Shown in pieces: positions 9,276-18,754 of a stretch of 64,000 bases of DNA (its first letter is position 1; each line of letters opens with the position of its first letter). The notes below the pieces were generated by a model. The model was not told the DNA's origin and did not search any database. It was given only the letters and a program-made list of their open reading frames with translations. The stretch spans positions 897 to 64,896 of the forward strand of contig JAFGQU010000023.1 in assembly GCA_016935525.1 (NCBI GenBank), in the 5' to 3' direction. Position numbers and translations under genes: made by a program. This DNA comes from Candidatus Omnitrophota bacterium (lineage in GTDB: Bacteria; Omnitrophota; Gorgyraeia; Duberdicusellales; 4484-171).

Positions 9276-9743
9276 TTACGCGATACCTTTTTCCTTAAAC
9301 ATGCGCCAGATAATATCGAAAATGCCGACAATACCGAGGATCTTACCTCCGCTGTCGACTACCGCCAGACGTTCTTTTTGATGCATCCGCATGTGTTTGT
9401 ATGCCTGTTCGATAGTCTGCGTCTCTTTCGCCACGACGAAGTGTTTATCCATGATGTCATCGACGATAATCAGGTCGCCCATCGAGGGTACCACGTCAAG
9501 ATCGAATACATCCTGATCCATCTCCATAAACGGCAGGGAACGAAACAGTTTTGCCTGTTGCGGACGCAATATATCGAGAAGATTTTCCGGATAGACCATC
9601 CCAATAAGGATATCTTGATCATCGACAACAGGAATGAGCGGGTGGGTATGGAATTGTTTAAAAATATCCAAAAGAGCGCGTAATGAAGTAGAACGTTTCA
9701 CTTTGATGACGCTGGTGTTCATCACCTCTTTCACATTGACCAT
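9276..9743 (-). CDS. CBS-domain pair protein
   Basis: Two CBS motifs (VMNTSVIKVKRSTSL.., ..LAVVDSGGKILGIV). Confidence 0.7.
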   Translation of the reverse strand: MVNVKEVMNTSVIKVKRSTSLRALLDIFKQFHTHPLIPVVDDQDILIGMVYPENLLDILRPQQAKLFRSLPFMEMDQDVFDLDVVPSMGDLIIVDDIMDKHFVVAKETQTIEQAYKHMRMHQKERLAVVDSGGKILGIVGIFDIIWRMFKEKGIA

Positions 9744-9775
9744 AACGGTATCCTCCGGTTAAGGGGTATGTATTA

Positions 9776-10231
9776 TCATTTCTCGAACTGACGGATGATC
9801 TGGATCACCTGGTCCGCCGATTCCGCGGACACCAGCGCCTCACGGAACGCGCTGTTCATCAGCAGTTTGGATAATTCGGCAAGGACTCTTAAATACAGGT
9901 TCAGTTCGCGCGGGTCGGCACCCATGAGGAAGATAAGGTTCACCTTTTCCCCGTCAAGCGCGTTAAAATCGATACCTTCTTTTGATTTGCCGAATCCGAT
10001 CACGAACCCTTTTATACTCGCGGTACGGGCGTGAGGGATAGCGACTTTATGGCCGATACCGGTGGAACCGAGAGATTCCCGTTCCAGGATATCTTCGATA
10101 AACTTAGCTTTATCGGCGACTTTTCCGCTTGAAGTAAGTTCTTCGGCGATCTCTCTCACCGCGGCCTCTTTATCGGCGGCGTTAAGGTCCATCACACAAT
10201 AGTTTTTCTTGAGGTATTCGGAAACTTTCAT
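9776..10231 (-). CDS. ptsN: PTS EIIA-Ntr-like nitrogen regulatory protein (fructose-type IIA)
   Basis: GIGHKVAIPHART active-site His motif. Confidence 0.7.
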   Translation of the reverse strand: MKVSEYLKKNYCVMDLNAADKEAAVREIAEELTSSGKVADKAKFIEDILERESLGSTGIGHKVAIPHARTASIKGFVIGFGKSKEGIDFNALDGEKVNLIFLMGADPRELNLYLRVLAELSKLLMNSAFREALVSAESADQVIQIIRQFEK

Positions 10232-10262
10232 CGTCTATACTCCTTATCTTGATTGGCTCCGG

Positions 10263-10934
10263 TCACGCGTACGTTTTTATATTCTGTAATAACCCGTAAC
10301 AGAGCAGTTTGTCGCCTTCTTCCAGCACGTCATCGGCATGAGGGAACGCGATCAATCTATTTTCTCTTTGAATAGAAAGGACCAGGATATCTTTTTTGAT
10401 AAACCCGGCCGCCGAAAGGCTTTGGCCGAGCTCTTCGGTATCTTTAGTCATCGTAAGCTGAGCGATCCCGTACCCTTTAGGCAGACGGAACAGTTCTTCC
10501 AGGGTCTGCTGTTCCACCAGCCCTTTGGCGACGATCCGTTTCTCGATGAACCGGTTCAGCCAGACACTGAACTCGCGTAATGTGGTCGCTTTGTAGAGTA
10601 ACGCGATAGATAAGATCAACAGTAACGCTTTCCACAGGTCGTTTAAGATATTATCTTTCCCGAATGAAACGAATAAGCCGGCGATGACCGATACGAACCC
10701 GATCCGGCCTAAGATCATCAACACGATCACGGTCTTACGCCGGATATCGTCTTCCAGGACCGGTTCGGCCTCTTTAGTGGTAAACCCGGTCCCGGTAAAC
10801 GCCGATACCGATTGAAACCACGCGGTCTCCTCATCCAGACCGGTCATCTTAAGGACAACCGTGGCGATGCGCACGATGAGCACGAACAGGATGACGATAA
10901 TGATCAGCGGGATGACGGTAGAGATGATCCCCAT
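10263..10934 (-). CDS. membrane protein with C-terminal TrkA-C (RCK_C)-like domain
   Basis: 3-4 N-terminal TM helices then soluble domain ending ..EEGDKLLCYG. Confidence 0.5.
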   Translation of the reverse strand: MGIISTVIPLIIIVILFVLIVRIATVVLKMTGLDEETAWFQSVSAFTGTGFTTKEAEPVLEDDIRRKTVIVLMILGRIGFVSVIAGLFVSFGKDNILNDLWKALLLILSIALLYKATTLREFSVWLNRFIEKRIVAKGLVEQQTLEELFRLPKGYGIAQLTMTKDTEELGQSLSAAGFIKKDILVLSIQRENRLIAFPHADDVLEEGDKLLCYGLLQNIKTYA

Positions 10935-10936
10935 AG

Positions 10937-11239
10937 TTATTTAAGCCTTAACGCCAGTTCGACGAGCGTCTGGACAATAAAATTTTTCGCAAACAAAATG
11001 ATCAAAAACGCGATCAACGGAGAAAGGTCGATACCGATTTTCATATTGACCGGCAATATCCTTCTGATCGGATACAGGATCGGTTCGGTCGTCTTATTAA
11101 GGAACTGTACGATCGGGTTATACGGGTCCGGGTTTACCCAGCTGATCAGGGCGCGGATAAGGATCAACCAGTACAGGATGGTCAATACCACGTCCAGTAT
11201 CTTCGCCAGCGAAATAAGGAGATTGCTCAACACAAACAT
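10937..11239 (-). CDS. yggT: YggT family membrane protein
   Basis: LILIRALISWVNPDPYNPIVQFL signature. Confidence 0.75.
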   Translation of the reverse strand: MFVLSNLLISLAKILDVVLTILYWLILIRALISWVNPDPYNPIVQFLNKTTEPILYPIRRILPVNMKIGIDLSPLIAFLIILFAKNFIVQTLVELALRLK

Positions 11240-11242
11240 ATT

Positions 11243-11332
11243 TTAGTCTCTAGTCTCTGGTTTCCGGTTTTTAGTCTAACCGCTAGCCGCTAAACGCTTA
11301 CCGCTCGCTATGAGCGTATCGTACGCGAATAG
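11243..11332. repeat. word-like tandem repeats (GTCTCTAGTCTCTGG; CCGCTAGCCGCTAAACGCTTACCGCTCGCTATGAGCG)
   Basis: Read directly; contains TAGTCTAACCGCTA, the reverse complement of the 16-mer AATAGCGGTTAGACTA found at 241 and 31203. Confidence 0.6.
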
Positions 11333-11333
11333 C

Positions 11334-12218
11334 TCATTGATAAAGATTATAAGTAACTAACGACGTATCGGCAATGAATTTTTTTGCCTGCGCATATGAG
11401 TTTACCCCCCGGGTAAGTATACAAATAATATAATCCCCTTTGGGAGAAAATACAATACCCGCGTCATGGACCACTCCCCGTTCAAGGCCGGTCTTATGGG
11501 CGACCGTCACCTCATTCGGCAAATACCGCGGGAGCCGGTCGTTGATCTTCTGACTTTTGAGGTAACTGATCATCTCGCCGGACGCGGCTTCATCGACGAG
11601 TTCCTTACGGTACATCCGCTCAAGCAGCGACGAAATATCTCTCGCCGAGGTATAATTTTCAACCCCTTTATCCCGTAAAGAGAAATCCATCATCTTCCTT
11701 TTCAGTACCGTATCTTTAAGGCCTAATTCAGTAAACCCGTTGTTTAAATATTCGTAGCCCAGGAGGCTGATGACCTTATTGGTCGCGGTATTATCGCTGG
11801 ACGCGATCATGATCTTGAGCAGCTCTCTTAAAGAGAACGCGGCCGGCATTTTCATCGCTTTGATGATCCCTGAGCCGCCGGCGATATCTTTACGTCGTAC
11901 CACCACTTTCTCATCGAGCGATAATTTCCCTTCATCGACCGCTTTAAAGACGACCGCCAGTACCGGCACTTTCATCAGGCTCGCGGCGGGAAACAGTTCT
12001 TTTTCGTTCTTGTCCCATTGAGTATAAGGGAACCGCATGTCTTTTATCACACAGGCAAATTCTCCCTGTTGATGTTCGGCAATACCGCTGATGTTTTTTT
12101 CTAAGGAACGGACGAACTTTTTCTGTTGGGAAATAAAGATAAACCCGGCCAGTGCCGCAATCGCCAGGATACAAAAAAAAGTAACGAGTAGTTTTTTAGA
12201 AAAACGGGGTTTTATCAT
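11334..12218 (-). CDS. class A beta-lactamase-like serine hydrolase
   Basis: S-x-x-K (ASLMK), SDN (SSDNTA) and KTG (HKTGL) motifs; N-terminal TM/signal. Confidence 0.7.
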   Translation of the reverse strand: MIKPRFSKKLLVTFFCILAIAALAGFIFISQQKKFVRSLEKNISGIAEHQQGEFACVIKDMRFPYTQWDKNEKELFPAASLMKVPVLAVVFKAVDEGKLSLDEKVVVRRKDIAGGSGIIKAMKMPAAFSLRELLKIMIASSDNTATNKVISLLGYEYLNNGFTELGLKDTVLKRKMMDFSLRDKGVENYTSARDISSLLERMYRKELVDEAASGEMISYLKSQKINDRLPRYLPNEVTVAHKTGLERGVVHDAGIVFSPKGDYIICILTRGVNSYAQAKKFIADTSLVTYNLYQ

Positions 12219-12259
12219 GATCTTAACCGGGATAACGGTTTTTACATAATCGCGTTTTT

Positions 12260-13774
12260 TCAGGAAGAGATCATCCGGTCTTTAGGATCACTCTTCCATC
12301 CATGAGCCGCGACGATAATCGCGGCAAACAAAGTATACATCAGCCAATCCCGTCCGATAAGGACGATTGCCAGCCACGAATATCCTCCGTAAGGAGTAGT
12401 CAACTCATCACGTAACGTGGAGATCAATAATCCGGTCAAGACCAACGGGGTAACCACTTTGATCGCCCAATCCCACCAGGTACGCAAGCCCCAGGCACTG
12501 TAATGGTTCACATGTTGACGCATCCGCGCGGCGCCAAAGACCCATCCGATGATCACGCATTCCAATATCGCGGCGATCACCAGTCCATATTGCGTCAGGA
12601 AATGGTCGACAATATCCAGCCAGTACAGCCCGGCCTGGGTCGCAAAGATCATCGATCCTAGGAATCCGAACACACATAATACCGATACCACCGCGCCGCG
12701 GGAATAATGGAACTTATCGATGACCGCGGAGGTGAACGCCTCCAGTATCGAGATCGCCGATGAAAGCCCGGCGATCACCAGGATCCCGAAAAAGATAACG
12801 CCGAACAGACGGGGAAAATACGGCAGCAGGCTGATCGCTTTGGGATAGGCGACAAACGCCAGGCCGATCGACTGGCTGACGACATCGCCGACCTCTTTAG
12901 AAGTCGTCTGGGCCATATATCCTAATATAGAAAACACGCCTAACCCCGCAAACAGGGAAAACAGGCAATTAGTGAAACTGATCACGCAGGAATCTTTGAC
13001 GATCTCGCTTTTACGCGGCAGATACGAAGCATAGGCGATCATGATTCCGAATCCCAGGCTTAGCGTAAAAAATATCTGACTGAACGCGTCCATCCATACC
13101 TGGATATCACTGAGGCGCGAGAAATCAGGCCGCAGATACACAAGGAGCCCTTCTCGCGCGCCGGGCAGGCCCAGGCTCCATACTACGATCACGCCCGTCA
13201 AAATGAAGAGTATCGGCATGAATATCTTATTCGCCCGTTCCAGGCCTTTTTGTACTCCTTTATAGACGATCAACCAGCTTAACAGCCAGACCAGCAGCAG
13301 GGAAAACAAAATCGGTGTGCGTAATATCCCGATAGAAAAGGGGGTTTCCCCTACCATCAGGAATTTTTGAAAGAAAAACGTATCGGGATCGGCGCCCCAG
13401 CCCAGGTTAAACGAAAAGAAGAAGAAACTTACGCACCAGGCAATCACTACCGAATAGTAAAGGACGATACCGAACATGACAAAAATCACCTGCCACCATC
13501 CCAGCCATTCCGCCCTCCGGGAGACACCCGCCAGGCTCGCCGGAGACGAACCGCGCATCTTGTGTCCCAGTCCTATCTCTAATATCATCAGCGGTATCCC
13601 CACCACGATAAGCGCGACGAAATAAGGGATAAGAAAGGCGCCGCCCCCGTTTTTATAACACAGGTACGGGAACCGCCAGATATTGCCCAGGCCTATCGCC
13701 GAACCGATCGCGGTAAACAGAAACCCGATATGCGATTTCCATTGCGGCCGGTGATGGGCAAGATGTTCGTTCAT
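12260..13774 (-). CDS. sodium-dependent transporter, neurotransmitter:sodium symporter (SNF) family
   Basis: GSAIGLGNIWRFPYLCYKNGGGAFLIPY N-terminal signature. Confidence 0.85.
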   Translation of the reverse strand: MNEHLAHHRPQWKSHIGFLFTAIGSAIGLGNIWRFPYLCYKNGGGAFLIPYFVALIVVGIPLMILEIGLGHKMRGSSPASLAGVSRRAEWLGWWQVIFVMFGIVLYYSVVIAWCVSFFFFSFNLGWGADPDTFFFQKFLMVGETPFSIGILRTPILFSLLLVWLLSWLIVYKGVQKGLERANKIFMPILFILTGVIVVWSLGLPGAREGLLVYLRPDFSRLSDIQVWMDAFSQIFFTLSLGFGIMIAYASYLPRKSEIVKDSCVISFTNCLFSLFAGLGVFSILGYMAQTTSKEVGDVVSQSIGLAFVAYPKAISLLPYFPRLFGVIFFGILVIAGLSSAISILEAFTSAVIDKFHYSRGAVVSVLCVFGFLGSMIFATQAGLYWLDIVDHFLTQYGLVIAAILECVIIGWVFGAARMRQHVNHYSAWGLRTWWDWAIKVVTPLVLTGLLISTLRDELTTPYGGYSWLAIVLIGRDWLMYTLFAAIIVAAHGWKSDPKDRMISS

Positions 13775-14015
13775 ATCTATCCTCTTATTCTTTAATCACT
13801 GTCATCAGGCATCCCGATATATCGGGACGCCTGTTCGTAAAAAATTATATCAAAAACCCCGGGATTGTAAATATATAGGGATAACTGGAAGGGTTTCCCC
13901 GTTGTCCCGTTCGCCCGTTATCCCGTTAGAGATTCAGTATTATATCCCCGCTCACTGTTCTTTACTATTTGAACGGGCTGACGCGAGCACGGGAGAACAC
14001 GCGAACTTTAATAAA

Positions 14016-14201
14016 TTATAATCTGAAGAAGAATCTCATAAACGGATCGTCAAACTGTCGTTGAGAACGGCGGTAATAAGAGTTGAGCGCGATGAAAAAA
14101 GTCCCGATCATTATCAACAGAAACGCTACAATAAGAGAGAGCAATTGCGGATAGACCGCGATCAAAACACCGGCGACGATAAACGTGATCCCTGCGATCA
14201 T
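14016..14201 (-). CDS. small membrane protein (61 aa), hypothetical
   Basis: Internal ATG preceded by GAAGGAGGAAAT; two hydrophobic helices. Confidence 0.45.
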   Translation of the reverse strand: MIAGITFIVAGVLIAVYPQLLSLIVAFLLIMIGTFFIALNSYYRRSQRQFDDPFMRFFFRL

Positions 14202-14281
14202 ATTTCCTCCTTCAATGAGCAGACGATCTACGGAACAAAGTGATCGTAAATCGTAGTCCGTAAGGACGTCTGCGAATTGAA

Positions 14282-14313
14282 CCCTTGACACTTTTGCACA
14301 AAAGCGTCAAGGG
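14282..14313. promoter_or_regulatory. 32 bp near-perfect palindrome CCCTTGACACTTTTGCACAAAAGCGTCAAGGG (copy A of the duplicated leader module)
   Basis: Read directly; second copy at 31820-31851. Confidence 0.5.
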
Positions 14314-14332
14314 TATACTGCGGTCATACAAC

Positions 14333-15019
14333 TTATATTCGTTTCTCTCTATAAGTTGTGACCTTATTATATTTCTCCAAAAACTTCGCCATATCTTCGG
14401 GCAGATCTATTTCAAACCGTAGGAATTTATGAGTAACCGGATGATAAAACCGTAAATAAAACGCGTGTAATGCCAGCCGCCGGAATTTTACGGGAAAATC
14501 ACGCCCATATGCGTATTTGCGTTCGCCCAGTATCGGATGGCCGATACCCTTTAATTGGATACGTAACTGGTTTGTCCGGCCCGTGAGCGGAATAAGTTCC
14601 AGGACACAGAAATTACGGTACTGGCGCCTCACTCTATATCCGCTATGCGCCGGCTTTGCTTTTTCCCGATACCGTTTACCTTCGCTATCGATGATGGAGC
14701 CTTTCAATATGCCTTTGGGCCTTTTCAACCGGCCCTGGACAAACGCGATATATTTTTTTTCGACTGACCGCTCGCGGAACTGGTTGGAGATCAACGACTG
14801 GATATGGGCACTTTTGGCGTAAATGATCAATCCGGTCGTTTCCCGGTCAAGACGATGACAGGGCAGAGCTTTTTGTTTTTTTTCGCCAAGCTCATCGTTA
14901 AGAAGCGAAGTTAACGTATATTTTTCTTTTTTCGGGCTGGGTTGAACGAGAAGTTTCGCTATTTTATTCAACACGATAAGATGTTCGTCTTCAAAAACTA
15001 TTGTATAAGGTATGTTCAC
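14333..15019 (-). CDS. RluA family pseudouridine synthase
   Basis: HRLDRETTGLIIYAK catalytic Asp motif. Confidence 0.8.
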   Translation of the reverse strand: MNIPYTIVFEDEHLIVLNKIAKLLVQPSPKKEKYTLTSLLNDELGEKKQKALPCHRLDRETTGLIIYAKSAHIQSLISNQFRERSVEKKYIAFVQGRLKRPKGILKGSIIDSEGKRYREKAKPAHSGYRVRRQYRNFCVLELIPLTGRTNQLRIQLKGIGHPILGERKYAYGRDFPVKFRRLALHAFYLRFYHPVTHKFLRFEIDLPEDMAKFLEKYNKVTTYREKRI

Positions 15020-15028
15020 AGGTATATC

Positions 15029-15391
15029 CTATATTTTCTTAAAACCGTACACGCAGATACTTCCCACCAACGCGCCGGCAATATTACACGCGATATCGAA
15101 GATATCAAACGACCTAAGAGGGAGAAAATATTGTATACATTCCAAAGTAAACCCAAAGAGCACGGTAAAGATAAACGCCCGTATTATATTGCTTTTAGTC
15201 CCGGAAGGACTTAAAGCGTTTGCGGTAAGTATCGCTAAGACTAAATATGCCAGGCTGTGGACAATCTTATCTACCGGCACCTCTTTCGGCGCCGGCATAT
15301 CGAGAGGGACCACCGACATGACGATAAGCGTGAGCGAATACACAAGAAAGATCACTTTGAGAACATTTTTTTTCAGACTATTCGTGTTCAT
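15029..15391 (-). CDS. VanZ family membrane protein
   Basis: VanZ-like TM topology with DKIVHSLAYLVLA and CNIAGALVG. Confidence 0.6.
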   Translation of the reverse strand: MNTNSLKKNVLKVIFLVYSLTLIVMSVVPLDMPAPKEVPVDKIVHSLAYLVLAILTANALSPSGTKSNIIRAFIFTVLFGFTLECIQYFLPLRSFDIFDIACNIAGALVGSICVYGFKKI

Positions 15392-15396
15392 ATTTT

Positions 15397-16188
15397 TTAT
15401 CCTTTATACGGTAATTCTATCGAAAACCCGTCATACGCGCAGATGATATTCAAGCCGGTTTCCTTACGCGATCTTTCTTCCATCTTTCTTAAATTCATTT
15501 TGATCAAACCCATCCCGAAATGGGTCAATACCGCCAGTTTCGGCTTGATCTTCTTGACGATCTCTATGGCTTCGGGGAGGCTTAAATGGTCGTACTGGTC
15601 ACGAGGTTCTTTGAACACGACGTTTAAGATCAATACGTCCGAATCACGATAGGTGTCGATAAGTCCGCCAAAATATTTCGTATCGGACACAAGGGAAACG
15701 GTCTGGCCGGCAATATAAAATTTCAGTCCGTAGGTCTCCACCGAATGCCGGTTTCGGCAGGGAACCTCAAAGGTTATATCTCCTACCGTAAATTTCCCCG
15801 GTTTCAATTCACTGACCGTTTCCGGATATTTCTTCACGTATTCAAAGATGACGCCGCCGAGCGGGTCAAGCGCTTCACGCGGCGCATAGACCGCGCCTCT
15901 TTTTTTAAATCCGCCTTCGGTCATCGCTTCGATCATCACGTTGATATCGTTAGAATGGTCAAGATGCTGGTGAGTAAGGATGACCGCATCCAGCGTGGTC
16001 GCATCGAGTTTCGGTCTCGCCCGGGCACAACGTACGAGTGCGCCCGGCCCCGGATCGATCATGATATCGGTATCGCGATAGCGCAGCCACATCCCGCCGG
16101 AAGAACGCAGTTGCTTGATCATCACAAACCGGGCTCCGGCCGTCCCTAAAAATTTGAAAAAATGTTTATGTTCACGTTTCGGTTTCAT
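15397..16188 (-). CDS. MBL-fold metallo-hydrolase
   Basis: HxHxDH motif (THQHLDHSND). Confidence 0.75.
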   Translation of the reverse strand: MKPKREHKHFFKFLGTAGARFVMIKQLRSSGGMWLRYRDTDIMIDPGPGALVRCARARPKLDATTLDAVILTHQHLDHSNDINVMIEAMTEGGFKKRGAVYAPREALDPLGGVIFEYVKKYPETVSELKPGKFTVGDITFEVPCRNRHSVETYGLKFYIAGQTVSLVSDTKYFGGLIDTYRDSDVLILNVVFKEPRDQYDHLSLPEAIEIVKKIKPKLAVLTHFGMGLIKMNLRKMEERSRKETGLNIICAYDGFSIELPYKG

Positions 16189-16651
16189 CTTTAAGCCATA
16201 TCTTACGCAACTCTTCGGTGATTTCTTCCTGCACCGAGAGGCTGATATTTTTTTCTACTACCCCATCTTCTTTTTCTATCCGTTTCTGTTTTTCCGTCAA
16301 AAACTCGCCGGCGCGGACTATCCGCGCCCCGGCAGTACGCGCGCACTGCAGTATCTCCCGGTCGTCACTGACCACAACGATCTGTTTTTTGTTTTTCGCG
16401 CGTGCGATCTTCTCTTTGATCACATCATCCGCGCTTCTTTCCATGCTGAAAACGATTGAAAACTCTTTTTCCTGCAAAAACTCGTCATAATGGGGGCCGC
16501 CGTCAAAGACGATCGTCACTTTATTATTACGGCTCCCGGTAAGATTTTTACGTTTTATGTAATAAACGAATTCCTGACGCGGCGAAGCCGATTTTTTTAT
16601 TTCATCGCTTTTATGGATTACGTTGTACCCATCGATGAGATACCATAACAT
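16172..16651 (-). CDS. NYN-domain (YacP/Rae1-like) ribonuclease
   Basis: MLWYLIDGYNVIH..VTIVFDG..VVVSDD pattern. Confidence 0.6.
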   Translation of the reverse strand: MLWYLIDGYNVIHKSDEIKKSASPRQEFVYYIKRKNLTGSRNNKVTIVFDGGPHYDEFLQEKEFSIVFSMERSADDVIKEKIARAKNKKQIVVVSDDREILQCARTAGARIVRAGEFLTEKQKRIEKEDGVVEKNISLSVQEEITEELRKIWLKDETET

Positions 16652-17564
16652 AGACTAACCCTCCGATAAGGCTCATGATCACAAGAAACGAGAAATTCAG
16701 AAGAGACATGCCTAAACTCGCCGGTTGCGCGACGCCTATTTTGGCAAACAGGTATACCATTGCCACCTCTCGCGTCCCCAGCCCCGCGATGGTCACCGGG
16801 ATACAGGCGATGAGCATTGCCAGCGGGACAAATACAAAAAAATAGACCATATCCGCCTGGACGAATAATCCTTTGGCAAGATAATAGAAACTGAGGCTGT
16901 TTAATATCTGGATGATCAACGAATATATAAAAACAGTCTTGAAGAATATCGAAGGGTTCCTGCGGATGATATCGAACTCGCCGTGGAACTCTTTTACCCG
17001 CCGATTGAGCCCGGCGTATCTGAAGGATATTTTTTCCAGCATCAAAAAAAAGAAACGATGAAAAAGGACGAACAGCACACCTACCCCTAGAATCGCCATC
17101 ACCCCTACTCCGATACCCAGTTGGGGTTCGTTCACGATTTCGGCACCCCAAAGATACGCGATCACGGTTATAAAAGATAACGCGACCATACCGCTTGCCC
17201 GGTCCATGATGACCGATGCGGCGATCTTCCGGGGAGCCCGGATGTGTTGAGTCAGAAGTAACGTGCGGGCGGCGTCTCCGGCGATAAGCGAAGGGAAAAA
17301 TAAGTTAAAGAAATTACCGGAAAGGAACGTATAGACCGCCTCGCGCGCGGATATATGTATTCCCAGATGGGTGAGGACAAACCGCCAACGTAACGACGCC
17401 AGGATATGGTCGAGGAATAAAAGGCCGAAACCGATAAGGATGAATATTTTCCGGGAATGCGTGAAAAGAGAAAGGACTTCCCGGTAAGGGACAAATTTGA
17501 AAAGGACGTACAATATTCCCAGGGCGATCACGACCCGGAAAATGAAAAATAGCTTTTTCTTCAA
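16611..17564 (-). CDS. flippase-like / lysylphosphatidylglycerol-synthase TM-region family membrane protein (UPF0104)
   Basis: 8 TM architecture and FNLFFPSLIAGDAAR motif. Confidence 0.6.
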   Translation of the reverse strand: MKKKLFFIFRVVIALGILYVLFKFVPYREVLSLFTHSRKIFILIGFGLLFLDHILASLRWRFVLTHLGIHISAREAVYTFLSGNFFNLFFPSLIAGDAARTLLLTQHIRAPRKIAASVIMDRASGMVALSFITVIAYLWGAEIVNEPQLGIGVGVMAILGVGVLFVLFHRFFFLMLEKISFRYAGLNRRVKEFHGEFDIIRRNPSIFFKTVFIYSLIIQILNSLSFYYLAKGLFVQADMVYFFVFVPLAMLIACIPVTIAGLGTREVAMVYLFAKIGVAQPASLGMSLLNFSFLVIMSLIGGLVYVMVSHRWVQRNP

Positions 17565-17573
17565 AATAGTAGG

Positions 17574-18500
17574 TCAGGAACTTATATAGTTTCCCTTTAA
17601 ATAACGGTACGCGCTCATCGCCGCGACCGCTCCTTCGCCGGCGGCGGTAATAAGCTGGCGCAGGGGGCGCCGGCGGCAATCGCCGCAGCTGAAGATCCCT
17701 TTTTGCGAGGTACTCATCTCTTCATCCGAAATAATAAACCCGTGTTCGTCGCAGGCGACCACATCACGAAAAAACCCGGTTGCCGGTTCCATGCCGATGG
17801 CGATAAAGACTCCGTTGACAGAAAAGCGAAAAACCGTCCCGTCTTTTTTCCTGGCGGTCACTTCTTCTACAAAAGCGTCCCCTTTTATCTGGGTAAGTTC
17901 CGATTCAAGACACACTTCTATATTTTTTGTCTCGGTAAGCTCTTTCTGTAAATAATCCAGCGCCCGCAGACGGTCCCGGCGGTGGATAAGATACACTTTA
18001 TTGCACAGCCGCGAAAGATACAGCGCTTCTTCTACGGCGGTATTGCCTCCTCCGATGACACACACGTCTTTATTCTTGAAAAAGAACCCGTCGCATACCG
18101 CGCAATAAGAGACCCCTTTACCTAAAAATTCGGCCTCACCCGCAACGCCCAGTGTCCGCCATGTGGCCCCGCTCGCGATGATGACTGCGCCGAAGATATA
18201 TTCGCCTGCTTCGGTATGTACTGTTATTTTCCCTGTTCCCGGCGCGATCTTTTTGACATCCTCGTGACGCGGGGGAATATCCATCTTTTTTAAAGTCTCA
18301 TTGAGGGATGAGACCAGTTCAAATCCCGTCGCGCCCGGCACGATCCCGATATAGTTGTCAAGCGCGCCTACAAATCCCAGTTGCCCGCCGACCGTTTTCT
18401 TTTCAAAAAGTTCAAAAGTCAAACCGGCCCTGCGGGCATATATACCTGAGGCAATACCCGCAATCCCGGCACCAATAATCGCTAGATCTTTTTTTTCCAT
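17574..18500 (-). CDS. trxB: thioredoxin-disulfide reductase
   Basis: GAGIAG FAD site, redox CAVCDG motif, GGGNTA NADPH site. Confidence 0.85.
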   Translation of the reverse strand: MEKKDLAIIGAGIAGIASGIYARRAGLTFELFEKKTVGGQLGFVGALDNYIGIVPGATGFELVSSLNETLKKMDIPPRHEDVKKIAPGTGKITVHTEAGEYIFGAVIIASGATWRTLGVAGEAEFLGKGVSYCAVCDGFFFKNKDVCVIGGGNTAVEEALYLSRLCNKVYLIHRRDRLRALDYLQKELTETKNIEVCLESELTQIKGDAFVEEVTARKKDGTVFRFSVNGVFIAIGMEPATGFFRDVVACDEHGFIISDEEMSTSQKGIFSCGDCRRRPLRQLITAAGEGAVAAMSAYRYLKGNYISS

Positions 18501-18502
18501 GG

Positions 18503-18754
18503 TTATCTTTTAGGACGGCACACGGAAACAAAATATTCCCGAGACCGGTCATAGGTCCGTTCGGCTTCACGCGGGAAAAAACATCCGGGCACTTCATCGT
18601 TTTTCAGATGATACTGGATACATTCACAACAGATTCCTTTACGCGGACAACCCGGATAAGAGCAGGTGCATCTCTCGAGATTCGCTTTTTTATTCGCGCA
18701 ACTCATCCCTGTGTAAGTTTCTTTAATTTTGGCCTTAACTTCCAGCGTTGCCAT
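18503..18754 (-). CDS. small Cys-rich protein (10 Cys in 83 aa), hypothetical
   Basis: CxnCxC..CPxxGxCCEC pattern; immediately downstream of trxB. Confidence 0.45.
   Translation of the reverse strand: MATLEVKAKIKETYTGMSCANKKANLERCTCSYPGCPRKGICCECIQYHLKNDEVPGCFFPREAERTYDRSREYFVSVCRPKR

Noticed and set aside
8204-9683. Plus-strand ORFs 8204-8398 and 9123-9683
   Set aside because: They are antisense to the antiporter and CBS genes, with no RBS and atypical composition.
13790-13808. CUGAUGA in the shared 19-mer as a hammerhead ribozyme core
   Set aside because: No flanking stems or GAAA box in hammerhead geometry; only the heptamer matches.
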